A stretch of 64,000 bases of DNA from Escherichia coli (GCF_041248615.1 NZ_CP158426.1); one strand, 5' to 3'. Positions 31,326 to 43,557 are shown, counted from the stretch's first letter. Numbers and translations: made by a program. Notes: generated from the sequence alone by a model not told the origin.

Positions 31326-34001
31326 TTACTTCAACATATTACGAATGACATAATGCAAAATGCCGTCGTTCTGGTAGTAGGTCAACTCCGTCGCGGTGTC
31401 GATACGACAACGGCAGGGTACGACATCCTGGCTACCATCCGCGCGCGTAAGCGTCACCGGAACCGTCGCGCCGGGTTGTAGACTTTGCAGATCGACAATA
31501 TCAATCTTCTCTTCCCCGATTAGCCCTAACGTTTTACGCGTCACGCCTTGCGGAAATTCCAGCGGCAGGATGCCCATGCCAATTAAATTCGAGCGGTGAA
31601 TTCGTTCAAACGATTCGGCAATCACCACACGAATTCCAAGCAGACGCGGACCTTTTGCCGCCCAGTCACGGCTGGAGCCTGATCCATACTCTTTCCCGGC
31701 AATCACCGCCAGCGGCGTTTGCTCCTGCTTATAGCGCATCGCAGCATCATAAATAGAGACTACGTCGCTGTCAGGTAAATGCCGCGTCATCCCCCCTTCA
31801 ACGCCAGGCACCATTTCATTACGGATGCGAATATTGGCGAAGGTGCCGCGCATCATCACTTCATGGTTACCACGCCGCGAACCGTAGGAGTTAAAGTCTT
31901 TTCGCTCAACACCCCGACCTTGTAGATATCGACCCGCCGGGCTGTCGGGCTTAATACTGCCCGCCGGAGAGATATGGTCAGTGGTGACTGAATCCCCCAG
32001 CATTGCGAGGATCCGCGCACCGTGAATATCTTCCACAGGTGCTGGTGTTGCCTGCATTTCATCAAAGAAAGGCGATAAGCGAATATAGGTTGAATCCTCC
32101 TGCCAACCGTAGGTATCGGATCGTGCGACGTTAATTTCCTTCCACTCTGCTGTGCCTTCAAAAACTTCTGCGTACTCTTTACGGAACATTTCTGTGGAGA
32201 CTTGTTCTACCGCACGGGCAATTTCTTGTGCCGAGGGCCAGATATCTTTCAGATATACCGGGTCGCCTTTACGATCGTGACCAATAGGCTCAGAAGCGAG
32301 GTTAATATTCATATTTCCCGCCAGCGCATAGGCAACCACCAGCGGCGGCGAGGCCAGCCAGTTAGTTTTAACCAGCGGATGGATACGGCCTTCAAAGTTA
32401 CGGTTGCCGGACAGCACCGCACCGACGGTTAAATCGCCTTTTTTGATTGCCGTTTCGATAGGATCGGGCAATGGACCAGAGTTACCAATACAGGTGGTAC
32501 AACCGTATCCCACAAGGTTAAATCCCAGTTCATCCAGATACGGTGTCAGTTTCGCTTTTGCCAGATAATCAGAAACGACTTTCGAGCCTGGTGCCAGCGA
32601 CGCTTTGACCCACGGTTGCCGCTTGAGGCCCAGAGTTACGGCTTTTTTCGCCAGCAAACCTGCGGCCATCAGCACACTTGGGTTAGAGGTGTTGGTGCAC
32701 GACGTTATCGCAGCAATGACCACCGCGCCATCAGGTAACTGATACTGATGTCCGTTCATAACATAATCGACCGGCTGGCGATCTTTATGCGTGGCATTTA
32801 CTTCCAGTTCGTTACTGGCGGCAAATGCTTTTGGTACATCGGGCAGTGCAACGCGATCCTGTGGGCGTTTTGGCCCTGCCAGGCTCGCTTCAACGTCATT
32901 CATATCCAGTTCTAACGTACTGGTAAAAATCGGTTCATCGCCCGGGTTACGCCACATGCCCTGCGCTTTGGCATATTTTTCGACCAACTCGACCTGATCT
33001 TCGCTGCGCCCGCTTAAACGCATGTAATCGAGGGTGACAGCATCGATTGGGAAGAAGCCACAGGTGGCACCATATTCTGGCGACATATTGGCAATGGTGG
33101 CGCGATCCGCCAGCGGTAGTGAATCCAGCCCATCACCATAAAATTCGACGAATTTCCCCACCACACCATGTTTGCGCAGCATTTGGGTAACGGTGAGAAC
33201 CAGGTCTGTGGCGGTAATACCTTCACGTAATTTTCCGGTGAGTTTAAAGCCCACTACGTCTGGGATAAGCATGGAAACCGGCTGACCTAACATTGCGGCT
33301 TCTGCTTCGATCCCCCCCACGCCCCACCCCAGCACGCCAAGGCCGTTGATCATGGTGGTGTGCGAGTCAGTACCAACGAGTGTATCCGGATAAGCAATCC
33401 ATTCACCGTCCTGCAATTCGCTCCACACTGCTTTGCCGAGATATTCGAGGTTAACCTGATGGCAAATGCCTGTGCCTGGCGGCACGACGCTAAAACGACT
33501 GAACGCCTGCTTTCCCCATTTCAGGAACACATAACGTTCGTGGTTGCGCTCCATTTCCAGGCGCACGTTTTCTTCAAATGCCTCATCATCACCAAAACGA
33601 TCGACGGTCACCGAGTGGTCAATGACCAGGTCGACCGGTGAGAGCGGGTTAACCTTTGCAGTATCGCCACCGAGGCGTTTAACCGCTTCGCGCATTGCCG
33701 CCAGATCAACAACGGCAGGTACGCCGGTAAAGTCCTGCATCAGCACCCTTGCCGGGCGGTAGGCAATTTCACGGTCAGCATGGGCATTTTTCAGCCATCC
33801 CGCCAGCGCGTGGATATCCTCTTCGGTAACCGAGTTACCATCCTGCCAGCGCAGCAGGTTTTCGAGCAAAACTTTGAGTGACTTGGGCAGACGGGTGATA
33901 TTGCCCAGTGATTTGGCAGCAAGCGGCAGGCTGTAGTAGTGGTAAGTTTTATCTTTGGCCTGCAACGTGTCCTTACTGGCTTCTCGTAGGGTTGACGACA
34001 T
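31326..34001 (-). CDS. acnA: aconitate hydratase A
   Basis: 891-aa ORF matching AcnA. Confidence 0.95.
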   Translation of the reverse strand: MSSTLREASKDTLQAKDKTYHYYSLPLAAKSLGNITRLPKSLKVLLENLLRWQDGNSVTEEDIHALAGWLKNAHADREIAYRPARVLMQDFTGVPAVVDLAAMREAVKRLGGDTAKVNPLSPVDLVIDHSVTVDRFGDDEAFEENVRLEMERNHERYVFLKWGKQAFSRFSVVPPGTGICHQVNLEYLGKAVWSELQDGEWIAYPDTLVGTDSHTTMINGLGVLGWGVGGIEAEAAMLGQPVSMLIPDVVGFKLTGKLREGITATDLVLTVTQMLRKHGVVGKFVEFYGDGLDSLPLADRATIANMSPEYGATCGFFPIDAVTLDYMRLSGRSEDQVELVEKYAKAQGMWRNPGDEPIFTSTLELDMNDVEASLAGPKRPQDRVALPDVPKAFAASNELEVNATHKDRQPVDYVMNGHQYQLPDGAVVIAAITSCTNTSNPSVLMAAGLLAKKAVTLGLKRQPWVKASLAPGSKVVSDYLAKAKLTPYLDELGFNLVGYGCTTCIGNSGPLPDPIETAIKKGDLTVGAVLSGNRNFEGRIHPLVKTNWLASPPLVVAYALAGNMNINLASEPIGHDRKGDPVYLKDIWPSAQEIARAVEQVSTEMFRKEYAEVFEGTAEWKEINVARSDTYGWQEDSTYIRLSPFFDEMQATPAPVEDIHGARILAMLGDSVTTDHISPAGSIKPDSPAGRYLQGRGVERKDFNSYGSRRGNHEVMMRGTFANIRIRNEMVPGVEGGMTRHLPDSDVVSIYDAAMRYKQEQTPLAVIAGKEYGSGSSRDWAAKGPRLLGIRVVIAESFERIHRSNLIGMGILPLEFPQGVTRKTLGLIGEEKIDIVDLQSLQPGATVPVTLTRADGSQDVVPCRCRIDTATELTYYQNDGILHYVIRNMLK

Positions 34002-34164
34002 AGCTCCTCCTTAATGACAGGGTTGCGACGCCCTGATTCTCTTCAGGGTGAATATTAAAGATAACACAAACATCGCGTAACGATTTGATAACAACCCAAA
34101 TTGATAAAAGAGGAGAAACCTTGTGGCAAAGCAAATGAAAACCCCGCCGCAGCGGGGTCAGGTA

Positions 34165-34260
34165 TCAGTGAGTAATGATCCAGAGGAATTCGGCCCAGAA
34201 GAGCATCGACAGAGAAAACGCGCCCATCCAGGACCAATATTTCATATTTGTGTTGATCAT
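34165..34260 (-). CDS. 31-aa hydrophobic small ORF upstream of acnA (possibly the small protein annotated as ymiC in K-12)
   Basis: hand translation of the minus strand gives MINTNMKYWSWMGAFSLSMLFWAEFLWIITH with an AAGGTG-like RBS; below the ORF-track length cutoff. Confidence 0.4.
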   Translation of the reverse strand: MINTNMKYWSWMGAFSLSMLFWAEFLWIITH

Positions 34261-34373
34261 AGGCTACACCTTTAACGGTTATTACTTTGTGTTGAGATAA
34301 CTCAACCTGTTATTGCTGCGGTGTATTAAAAGCCCTTTAATTCATTAAAAATGGGTAATAAGAATGATGATAA

Positions 34374-34541
34374 TTATTGTTTCGGCTGATCATCTTCAGC
34401 AAACAGTTCTATAAAGGCTTGCTGCTGCGATGTTAGTTGCCAGTCGTCTGGAATAACGACGGAACATTCCCGTTTCGTTTCTGTGTCATTGTCACTATGC
34501 TGGCATAATGGTGACGACTCCAGTTGCTCCTGACCGACCAT
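34374..34541 (-). CDS. yciX: small protein YciX
   Basis: ORF matches YciX from MVGQEQLESSPLCQHSDNDTETKRE (55 aa). Confidence 0.65.
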   Translation of the reverse strand: MVGQEQLESSPLCQHSDNDTETKRECSVVIPDDWQLTSQQQAFIELFAEDDQPKQ

Positions 34542-34543
34542 AG

Positions 34544-34684
34544 TTATCCCCACACTTTCCAAATCAGCAGTGCGACAACCACCCAGAAAAGTGCAGAACC
34601 AAGAAAAACCGCCAGCCAGGCTTTACGTTTTAATTCAGGATCGCGGCGGGGTTCCTGATTTCCAGAAGGCATTGCTAACCTCAT
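34544..34684 (-). CDS. ymiA: small membrane protein YmiA
   Basis: hand translation of the minus strand gives MRLAMPSGNQEPRRDPELKRKAWLAVFLGSALFWVVVALLIWKVWG; sits directly upstream of and abutting yciX as in K-12; below the ORF-track cutoff. Confidence 0.55.
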   Translation of the reverse strand: MRLAMPSGNQEPRRDPELKRKAWLAVFLGSALFWVVVALLIWKVWG

Positions 34685-34917
34685 ATAATCGCCATCACTT
34701 ATCAGCAAGACGTTGAACGATTGGTGTAATTAATCATACGATGAGACAAATCCTAAAGAAACTTTAGTCAAAAATCCAGCGAATTTACGAATCGTCTCCA
34801 GTGAATAATTCAATCTTTTGACCTGAAATAGATATTTGAAAACTGGAATTTGCGAGGCGGGTAATTAGACACTACTTTACAGGTAATTTACCCTATAAAT
34901 ATGAGGGATAAAAATAT

Positions 34918-34926
34918 TGTGCACGG
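34918..34926. repeat. IS1 target-site duplication, left copy (TGTGCACGG)
   Basis: 9-bp direct repeat identical to 35695..35703, immediately flanking the IS1 ends. Confidence 0.85.
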
Positions 34927-34981
34927 GGTGATGCTGCCAACTTACTGATTTAGTGTATGATGGTGTTTTTGAGGTGCTCCA

Positions 34982-35257
34982 GTGGCTTCTGTTTCTATCA
35001 GCTGTCCCTCCTGTTCAGCTACTGACGGGGTGGTGCGTAACGGCAAAAGCACCGCCGGACATCAGCGCTATCTCTGCTCTCACTGCCGTAAAACATGGCA
35101 ACTGCAGTTCACTTACACCGCTTCTCAACCCGGTACGCACCAGAAAATCATTGATATGGCCATGAATGGCGTTGGATGCCGGGCAACCGCCCGCATTATG
35201 GGCGTTGGCCTCAACACGATTTTCCGCCATTTAAAAAACTCAGGCCGCAGTCGGTAA
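34982..35257 (+). CDS. insA: IS1 InsA (transposition inhibitor / N-terminal part of the transposase)
   Basis: 91-aa ORF with zinc-finger CPSC...CSHC; matches IS1 InsA. Confidence 0.9.
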   Translation: MASVSISCPSCSATDGVVRNGKSTAGHQRYLCSHCRKTWQLQFTYTASQPGTHQKIIDMAMNGVGCRATARIMGVGLNTIFRHLKNSGRSR

Positions 35258-35679
35258 CCTCGCGCATACAGCCGGGCAGTGACGTCATCGTCTGCGCGGA
35301 AATGGACGAACAGTGGGGATACGTCGGGGCTAAATCGCGCCAGCGCTGGCTGTTTTACGCGTATGACAGGCTCCGGAAGACGGTTGTTGCGCACGTATTC
35401 GGTGAACGCACTATGGCGACGCTGGGGCGTCTTATGAGCCTGCTGTCACCCTTTGACGTGGTGATATGGATGACGGATGGCTGGCCGCTGTATGAATCCC
35501 GCCTGAAGGGAAAGCTGCACGTAATCAGCAAGCGATATACGCAGCGAATTGAGCGGCATAACCTGAATCTGAGGCAGCACCTGGCACGGCTGGGACGGAA
35601 GTCGCTGTCGTTCTCAAAATCGGTGGAGCTGCATGACAAAGTCATCGGGCATTATCTGAACATAAAACACTATCAATAA
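35176..35679 (+). CDS. insB: IS1 InsB frame (expressed as the InsAB' transposase by -1 frameshift at the A6C motif near 35233)
   Basis: 167-aa ORF matching IS1 InsB; overlaps insA in the -1 frame; slippery sequence TTTAAAAAAC present. Confidence 0.85.
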   Translation: MPGNRPHYGRWPQHDFPPFKKLRPQSVTSRIQPGSDVIVCAEMDEQWGYVGAKSRQRWLFYAYDRLRKTVVAHVFGERTMATLGRLMSLLSPFDVVIWMTDGWPLYESRLKGKLHVISKRYTQRIERHNLNLRQHLARLGRKSLSFSKSVELHDKVIGHYLNIKHYQ

Positions 35680-35694
35680 GTTGGAGTCATTACC

Positions 35695-35703
35695 TGTGCA
35701 CGG
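35695..35703. repeat. IS1 target-site duplication, right copy (TGTGCACGG)
   Basis: identical to 34918..34926. Confidence 0.85.
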
Positions 35704-35779
35704 TATACAAATAAGTAACAAAAGAGAATATATTCCGGCACCTTCGCTACATAAAAGGTGCCGAAAATAACGCAAGAAA

Positions 35780-36778
<999 letters not shown>

Positions 36779-36963
36779 TCAGAACATCGTTTTTTCGTCA
36801 CACCTGGCGGGTGACTAATACGATTTAATAATAAAAAAGGTGCTAACTATAACCACTATATCATTTATAGCCTTAGTGTATAGGTGTGAAGAAAAAATAA
36901 TATGCAATAAAAAAGGGCCGCTTTCGCGACCCTTTGTTTATAAAAACCTGACAGAATTAAAGG

Positions 36964-39561
36964 TTATTTTTTCCCTTCAACCCATTTGCCATCAACATAA
37001 AATGCTGACCAGCCAGTCGCCTTTCCGTCTTTTTCCGAAGAGACATATTGCTGTTTGGTTTTACGGCTAAAGCGAACCATGGTCTTATTACCTTCCGGAT
37101 CCTGCTGTGGCGCATCGGCCAGATAACGCAGTTTTTCCGGCAGACGGTCGCGGAAGCGATAAAGCTCTTCCACCAATGGCGCACGTGTTTCACGCGATTT
37201 CGGGAAGGTATTGGCCGCCAGGAACACACCGGCAGCACCGTCACGCAGCACGAAATAGGCATCTGATTTTTCGCACGGCAGCTCAGGTAATGGCACCGGA
37301 TCTTCTTTCGGTGGTGCCACTTCGCCGTTACGTAAAATCTTACGTGTGTTTTTACACTCTTCGTTGGTGCAGGCCATGTATTTACCGAAACGCCCCATTT
37401 TCAGGTGCATTTCAGAGCCACATTTTTCACACTCAACGATCGGGCCGTCATAACCTTTAATGCGGAATTCGCCCTCTTCGATCTCGTAACCGTCGCAGGT
37501 TGGGTTATTACCACAGACATGCAACTTACGTTTCGGATCGATGAGATAGCTGTCCATCGCCGTGCCGCATTTCGGGCAACGACGTTTTGCGCGCAGCGCG
37601 TTGGTTTCAGCGTCTTCACCTTCCAGCACGTTCAGCACTTCGTTTTCCGGCACCAGGTTAATGGTGGTTTTGCAACGCTCTTTTGGCGGCAGCGCATAAC
37701 CAGAACAGCCAAGGAATACCCCGGTGCTCGCTGTGCGAATCCCCATTTTGCGACCACAAGTCGGGCAGTCAATGCTGGTCAGAACCATCTGGTTCGGGCG
37801 CATACCCCCCTCTTCCGGATCTTTTTCAGCTTTATCTAACTGCTGGGTGAAATCCGAGAAGAAGTGATCCAGTACAGCTTTCCACTCTGCTTCGTGATTT
37901 GCCACCTGGTCGAGGCTGTTTTCCATCTGCGCGGTGAAGTCGTAGTTCATTAACTCGCGGAAATTCTCTTCCAGGCGATCGGTGACGATTTCGCCCATTT
38001 TTTCCGCATAGAAACGACGATTTTCTACTCGCACATAGCCACGATCCTGAATGGTCGAAATGATCGATGCATAGGTAGACGGACGACCGATACCGCGTTT
38101 TTCCAGCTCTTTAACCAGCGATGCTTCACTAAAACGGGCTGGCGGCTTGGTAAAGTGCTGGGCTGGTGTCAGTTCAACGAGCGTCAGAGCATCGCCTTTA
38201 TCGACTGCCGGTAAGATACGATCTTCATCGCCTTTACGCAGTGCAGGCATCACTTTTGTCCAGCCATCAAAGCGCAAAATACGACCGCGTGCTTTCAGGC
38301 GGAAATCGCCCGCACCAACGGTCAGCGTCGTGGAGTCATATTTCGCTGGGGTCATCTGGCAGGCAACGAACTGACGCCAGATTAACTGGTACAGTTTCTG
38401 CGCATCTGCTTCCATATCCTTCAGCGATTCCGCCATCACATTGACGTCAGAAGGACGAATCGCTTCGTGCGCTTCCTGTGAGTTTTCTTTGCTGGCGTAC
38501 TGATTCGGACTTTCCGGCAGATATTTCTTACCAAAATTATCGCTGATATAACCGCGAACCATATTTACCGCGTCCTGACTCAGGTTAGTGGAGTCGGTAC
38601 GCATGTAAGTGATATAGCCTGCTTCATACAAACGCTGCGCCATCATCATGGTTTTTTTCACGCCAAAACCAAGACGGGTGCTGGCAGCTTGTTGCAGCGT
38701 AGAGGTAATAAAAGGAGCGCCAGGTTTACTGGTTGTCGGTTTGTCTTCACGTTCCAGCACGCTGTAGCGCGCTTTTTCCAGCAGACTTACCGCAGCCTGA
38801 GTTTGTTCTTTGTTGACCGGGCGGAACGGTTTGTCGTTCTGATGAGTCACCTGCAACGCCAACGCATCACCAGATGGCGTGGTTGTGCTGGCATCGACTT
38901 CCCAGAACTCTTCCGGTACGAACGCTTTAATTTCACGCTCACGCTCGACCACCAGTCGAACCGCCACCGACTGAACACGACCTGCAGACAGACCACGAGC
39001 GATCTTTTTCCACAGCAGCGGCGAAACCATATACCCCACCACGCGGTCCATAAAGCGACGCGCCTGCTGGGCATTAACACGATCAATATTCAGCTCACCT
39101 GGTTTGTTAAATGCCTGGCGGATCGCGTTTTTAGTAATTTCGTTAAACACCACTCGGCTATAGCGCGCATCATCACCACCAATCACTTCCCGCAGGTGCC
39201 ATGCAATGGCTTCCCCTTCGCGGTCAAGGTCGGTTGCGAGATAGATGTGGTCGGCTTTTTCAGCCAGTTGTTTCAGTTCAGAGACGACCTTCTCTTTACC
39301 AGGCAACACTTCATAGTGCGCCTCCCAATTGTGCCACGGGTCAACCCCCATACGGTTGACGAGAGCGCCACGTTCATCCTTTTTAGGCTTTTTAGCCGTC
39401 TTGGTGGAGGTAGAGTCGGCACTCTTTTTGGCAGCTGAGCCACTGGTCGGCAAATCGCGGATGTGACCGACGCTGGATTTCACCACGTAGTCACTACCCA
39501 GATACTTGTTGATCGTTTTGGCTTTTGCCGGGGACTCAACGATGACAAGAGCTTTACCCAT
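36964..39561 (-). CDS. topA: DNA topoisomerase I
   Basis: ORF matches TopA from [22 protein letters not shown] (865 aa); C-terminal zinc ribbons present. Confidence 0.95.
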   Translation of the reverse strand: MGKALVIVESPAKAKTINKYLGSDYVVKSSVGHIRDLPTSGSAAKKSADSTSTKTAKKPKKDERGALVNRMGVDPWHNWEAHYEVLPGKEKVVSELKQLAEKADHIYLATDLDREGEAIAWHLREVIGGDDARYSRVVFNEITKNAIRQAFNKPGELNIDRVNAQQARRFMDRVVGYMVSPLLWKKIARGLSAGRVQSVAVRLVVEREREIKAFVPEEFWEVDASTTTPSGDALALQVTHQNDKPFRPVNKEQTQAAVSLLEKARYSVLEREDKPTTSKPGAPFITSTLQQAASTRLGFGVKKTMMMAQRLYEAGYITYMRTDSTNLSQDAVNMVRGYISDNFGKKYLPESPNQYASKENSQEAHEAIRPSDVNVMAESLKDMEADAQKLYQLIWRQFVACQMTPAKYDSTTLTVGAGDFRLKARGRILRFDGWTKVMPALRKGDEDRILPAVDKGDALTLVELTPAQHFTKPPARFSEASLVKELEKRGIGRPSTYASIISTIQDRGYVRVENRRFYAEKMGEIVTDRLEENFRELMNYDFTAQMENSLDQVANHEAEWKAVLDHFFSDFTQQLDKAEKDPEEGGMRPNQMVLTSIDCPTCGRKMGIRTASTGVFLGCSGYALPPKERCKTTINLVPENEVLNVLEGEDAETNALRAKRRCPKCGTAMDSYLIDPKRKLHVCGNNPTCDGYEIEEGEFRIKGYDGPIVECEKCGSEMHLKMGRFGKYMACTNEECKNTRKILRNGEVAPPKEDPVPLPELPCEKSDAYFVLRDGAAGVFLAANTFPKSRETRAPLVEELYRFRDRLPEKLRYLADAPQQDPEGNKTMVRFSRKTKQQYVSSEKDGKATGWSAFYVDGKWVEGKK

Positions 39562-39940
39562 ATTCACCTTACCTAATTTGATTCTTCCAGGAATGCGTCG
39601 CACGTTGATAAACCTTCCACTGGCAACGAGTTACCGATATGGACTCGCTCTCTGCGGATATCAACCCCTTGTCGTGACTCTGTTCACGAAAATTCAGGTG
39701 ACTGAGTTAACAGGTCTTGGCCTACAGGCGCTATAGCACGACGGAATTTTGGTCGAATGTCAAGCAAATCTATTGCCAGATTGACGAAAGCGTCACACTG
39801 TACCTGATAAAATCCGATACGCAACTTTATTAGCATGCAAAATCCAAAGTTGCCAGTAAGGCGCTCTTGCCACCAGCGTGGTATATTTGTCTGCAAGCCA
39901 TGCCTGGCGTAGACTAATGTCCTTGTTTAAGGAGTAAATA

Positions 39941-40192
39941 ATGAACAAAGAGACACAACCCATCGACCGCGAGACGCTGTTGAAAGAGGCCAACAAAATC
40001 ATTCGTGAGCATGAGGATACGCTCGCAGGGATTGAAGCCACCGGCGTCACGCAGCGTAATGGCGTGCTGGTATTTACCGGCGACTACTTTTTAGATGAAC
40101 AAGGATTGCCAACAGCCAAAAGCACCGCGGTGTTTAATATGTTCAAACACCTGGCCCATGTGCTTTCAGAAAAATATCATCTGGTTGATTAA
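39941..40192 (+). CDS. yciN: small protein YciN
   Basis: 83-aa ORF matching YciN; divergent from topA. Confidence 0.85.
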
Positions 40193-40202
40193 AAATAAAT
40201 AT

Positions 40203-40226
40203 CCTCCGGCATAGCCGGAGGTTTTT
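40203..40226 (+). terminator. yciN intrinsic terminator
   Basis: hairpin cctccggc-ata-gccggagg followed by ttttt. Confidence 0.6.
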
Positions 40227-40227
40227 C

Positions 40228-40905
40228 AAATGCGCCTGTAAGGCTCTGTTACCAGCCGCGCCCTAACAGGCGCATACGATCTGACATTTGCATTCAACTT
40301 CGTTACTTACGGCCCGTAAACGGGCTGCCCGGATAGGGAATCGATAACTGCTCCCCCATTTTATCCTCTTCAAGCTGGTGCTTTATGTAGTCCTGTATCT
40401 TCGCCGTGTTCTTACCCACCGTATCGACATAGTACCCTCGGCACCAGAACTCCCTGTTTCTGTATTTGAATTTCAAATCCCCAAACTGCTCGTAAAGCAT
40501 CAGACTGCTTTTCCCTTTCAGATATCCCATAAAGCCGGATACGCTCATTTTGGGTGGGATTTCCACAAGCATATGGATATGATCTGCGCAGCACTCTGCT
40601 TCCAGAATCCGTACGCTTTTCCACTCACACAGCTTTCTCAAAATACTGCCTATCGCCCTACGCTTCTCTCCGTAAAACGCCAGTCTTCGGTATTTCGGCG
40701 CAAAAACTATGTGATATTTACAGTTCCAGCGGGTGTGCGCTAAGCTCTTTTCGTCCCCCATTGGGACCCCCTTTTGATTTCTTGTTTGACACTTGCAGTT
40801 GCCAGACCGCAAGGTGTTTTAACAAATCAAAAGGGGTTTTAATAACTGGCTCAAAGCTGAAAGCTTTCCGGAACCCCCAGCCTAGCTGGGGGTTTTCTGT
40901 GCACA
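40228..40905 (-). mobile_element. IS200-type insertion sequence (IS200/IS605 family); boundaries approximate
   Basis: contains a Y1 transposase gene matching IS200 TnpA, plus the characteristic 5' structures: an end-proximal hairpin (40873..40893) and a long stem-loop (about 40767..40836) that occludes the tnpA RBS; no TSD, as expected for this family. Confidence 0.6.
40303..40761 (-). CDS. tnpA: IS200 transposase TnpA (HUH/Y1 family)
   Basis: 152-aa ORF from MGDEKSLAHTRWNCKYHIVFAPKYRR with the HxH motif (ADHIHML) and catalytic Tyr region; track ORF has a 17-aa extension. Confidence 0.9.
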   Translation of the reverse strand: MGDEKSLAHTRWNCKYHIVFAPKYRRLAFYGEKRRAIGSILRKLCEWKSVRILEAECCADHIHMLVEIPPKMSVSGFMGYLKGKSSLMLYEQFGDLKFKYRNREFWCRGYYVDTVGKNTAKIQDYIKHQLEEDKMGEQLSIPYPGSPFTGRK

Positions 40906-40910
40906 ACAAA

Positions 40911-40932
40911 ACGCGAGGTCTTAGCCTCGCGT
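40911..40932 (-). terminator. sohB intrinsic terminator
   Basis: hairpin acgcgaggc-taag-cctcgcgt followed on the minus strand by tttgttgtg. Confidence 0.55.
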
Positions 40933-40939
40933 TTGTCTT

Positions 40940-41989
40940 TTACATCAATGGTTTTTGCCCCCGCTGCCACCAGCGTAACAACAATCGATCGGCGCTCTCT
41001 GCCGCGCTGCCGGTGAATCGGTCAATGAGTCGTTTACGCTGCATATAGCGTACATTGACCACTTCACGGCCTTCCATCAGGCTAAGAATAACTTCATCAC
41101 TGGTGTTGATTTCATCAACCAGGCCTTTCTCTACCGCCTGTTGTCCGTACCAGTGTTCACCCGTTGCCACCTGATCAATATTCAGAGACGGACGCATACG
41201 CTTCACAAAATCTTTAAATAACTGATGCGTTTCGTTCAGCTCTTCGCGGAATTTCTCCCGCCCTTCTTCGGTGTTTTCACCCAGCAAAGTCAGCGTGCGC
41301 TTATACTGCCCGGCGGTGTGCAGTTCGATATCAATATCTTTGCTTTTCAGGAAGCGGTTAAAGTTGGGCATTTGTGCCACCACGCCAATGGAACCCACAA
41401 TAGCAAACGGTGCGGAAACAATTTTGTCCGCCACACAGGCCATCATGTAACCGCCACTGGCAGCAACTTTGTCTACCGTAACAGTTAAAGGAATGTTTTT
41501 ATCACGCAGACGCTGCAGCTGCGAAGCCGCCAGCCCGTAACCATGCACCATGCCACCAGGGCTTTCCAGACGTAGCACAACCTGATCCTGCGGTTTGAAT
41601 GCTGCGAGTACCGCCGTTATCTCTTCACGTAGCGAGTTCACTTCATGGGCGTCCATGCTGCCTTTAAAATCCAGCACCCAGACGCGAGGTTTACTGTCAG
41701 TTGCCACCTCGCCCAGTTTGGCTTTCGCTTTTGCTGCTTTCGCTTCTTGCTTGTGCTTTTTCTTCTGCGCTTTGTGCCACTGTTTTTGCTGATGTGAGTC
41801 CATCAGCGCCGCGGCCAGTTCTTCTTTCATCTCCTTATACTGTTCGCTGAGATTGTTGACCCGTAACTCGCCACGCTGGCGTTTATTACGTTGAGCAACA
41901 TTGACAATAATGGCGGCAATCGCCGCAATCGCTAGCACAACGGTAACGATTTTCGCCAAAAACAAACCATATTCAGACAACAATTCCAC
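40940..41989 (-). CDS. sohB: inner-membrane peptidase SohB (S49 family)
   Basis: 349-aa ORF matching SohB. Confidence 0.9.
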   Translation of the reverse strand: MELLSEYGLFLAKIVTVVLAIAAIAAIIVNVAQRNKRQRGELRVNNLSEQYKEMKEELAAALMDSHQQKQWHKAQKKKHKQEAKAAKAKAKLGEVATDSKPRVWVLDFKGSMDAHEVNSLREEITAVLAAFKPQDQVVLRLESPGGMVHGYGLAASQLQRLRDKNIPLTVTVDKVAASGGYMMACVADKIVSAPFAIVGSIGVVAQMPNFNRFLKSKDIDIELHTAGQYKRTLTLLGENTEEGREKFREELNETHQLFKDFVKRMRPSLNIDQVATGEHWYGQQAVEKGLVDEINTSDEVILSLMEGREVVNVRYMQRKRLIDRFTGSAAESADRLLLRWWQRGQKPLM

Positions 41990-42208
41990 GAGTCCCCACC
42001 TTGGTTAAACAACGCTTTGGCTCACAGTTTACAACAGGCATGTTAAGCCGTCTCGCAGAGATGTTATTGCAGCGAAAGTATGACAAAGTATCCATTTTGC
42101 GGTGTTATCGCCCCAGGCTGATTGAAATGCCCTTCTGTTTCAGGCATAAAGCCCCAAAGTCATAAAGTACACTGGCAGCGCGACAGACAACGTCGTTGAG
42201 GAGTAGCC

Positions 42209-42967
42209 ATGCATTACCAGCCAAAACAAGATTTACTCAATGATCGCATTATCCTGGTGACGGGAGCCAGCGATGGTATTGGCCGTGAAGCCGCGATGAC
42301 GTATGCACGCTATGGTGCGACAGTGATTCTGTTGGGCCGTAATGAAGAAAAATTACGTCAGGTAGCCAGCCACATAAACGAAGAAACTGGACGTCAGCCA
42401 CAGTGGTTTATTCTCGATTTGCTGACCTGCACGTCCGAAGATTGCCAACAACTGGCACAGCGCATTGCCGTTAATTATCCGCGTCTGGATGGTGTTTTGC
42501 ATAATGCCGGATTGCTCGGCGATGTTTGCCCAATGAGCGAACAAAATCCGCAGGTCTGGCAGGACGTCATGCAGGTCAACGTTAATGCCACCTTTATGCT
42601 CACCCAGGCACTGCTTCCTTTATTACTCAAATCGGACGCCGGTTCACTGGTCTTTACTTCATCAAGCGTTGGACGTCAGGGACGAGCCAACTGGGGCGCA
42701 TATGCAGCGTCGAAATTTGCCACCGAAGGGATGATGCAGGTACTGGCCGATGAATATCAGCAGCGCCTGCGCGTCAACTGCATTAACCCAGGCGGTACGC
42801 GCACCGCAATGCGGGCCAGCGCCTTCCCGACCGAAGATCCACAGAAACTTAAAACACCCGCTGATATCATGCCGCTCTACCTCTGGCTGATGGGCGATGA
42901 CAGCCGCCGTAAAACCGGCATGACCTTTGACGCCCAACCGGGCCGTAAACCAGGAATTTCCCAATGA
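42209..42967 (+). CDS. yciK: short-chain dehydrogenase/reductase YciK
   Basis: 252-aa ORF with Rossmann motif TGASDGIG; matches YciK. Confidence 0.9.
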   Translation: MHYQPKQDLLNDRIILVTGASDGIGREAAMTYARYGATVILLGRNEEKLRQVASHINEETGRQPQWFILDLLTCTSEDCQQLAQRIAVNYPRLDGVLHNAGLLGDVCPMSEQNPQVWQDVMQVNVNATFMLTQALLPLLLKSDAGSLVFTSSSVGRQGRANWGAYAASKFATEGMMQVLADEYQQRLRVNCINPGGTRTAMRASAFPTEDPQKLKTPADIMPLYLWLMGDDSRRKTGMTFDAQPGRKPGISQ

Positions 42968-43554
42968 GTGATGAACGCTACCAACAGCGTCAGCAGCGAG
43001 TGAAAGAAAAAGTCGATGCTCGTGTGGCCCAGGCCCAGGATGAACGCGGTATTATCATCGTTTTTACCGGCAATGGAAAAGGCAAAACCACCGCGGCATT
43101 TGGTACGGCAACTCGTGCAGTAGGCCATGGCAAAAAAGTGGGTATCGTGCAGTTTATTAAAGGCACCTGGCCTAATGGCGAGCGCAATCTACTGGAGCCA
43201 CATGGCGTTGAGTTTCAGGTGATGGCAACGGGCTTTACCTGGGATACACAAAATCGCGAATCTGATACCGCGGCCTGCCGTGAAGTCTGGCAACATGCCA
43301 AACGAATGCTGGCCGATCCTTCACTGGATATGGTTTTGCTCGATGAGCTGACTTATATGGTGGCGTATGATTATTTGCCACTTGAAGAAGTGGTGAAGGC
43401 GTTAAATGAACGTCCACATCAGCAAACCGTCATTATTACGGGTCGTGGTTGTCATCGGGATATACTTGAACTGGCGGATACGGTAAGTGAATTACGCCCC
43501 GTGAAACATGCGTTTGATGCCGGTGTAAAAGCGCAGATAGGGATTGACTACTAA
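42964..43554 (+). CDS. btuR: cob(I)alamin adenosyltransferase BtuR (CobA)
   Basis: 196-aa ORF with P-loop GNGKGKTTAAFG; 4-nt overlap with yciK. Confidence 0.9.
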   Translation: MSDERYQQRQQRVKEKVDARVAQAQDERGIIIVFTGNGKGKTTAAFGTATRAVGHGKKVGIVQFIKGTWPNGERNLLEPHGVEFQVMATGFTWDTQNRESDTAACREVWQHAKRMLADPSLDMVLLDELTYMVAYDYLPLEEVVKALNERPHQQTVIITGRGCHRDILELADTVSELRPVKHAFDAGVKAQIGIDY

Positions 43555-43557
43555 GTG

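Larger units (their letters stand above)
34927..35694 (+). mobile_element. insertion sequence IS1 (768 bp, complete)
   Basis: terminal inverted repeats GGTGATGCTGCCAACTTACTGAT ... ATCAGTAAGTTGGAGTCATTACC; insA and insB ORFs; A6C frameshift motif; exact 768-bp length; 9-bp TSD. Confidence 0.95.

Noticed and set aside
34055-34237. 60-aa ORF on the minus strand upstream of acnA
   Set aside because: Non-ATG start in the track and no RBS; it overlaps in another frame the better-supported 31-aa small ORF at 34165..34260
35125-35645. Minus-strand ORFs inside IS1 (89 and 96 aa)
   Set aside because: Antisense to insA/insB within a well-characterised element; not known IS1 genes
38689-39438. 249-aa ORF on the plus strand
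   Set aside because: Entirely antisense to topA, which is unambiguous; long antisense ORFs are common in GC-balanced genes
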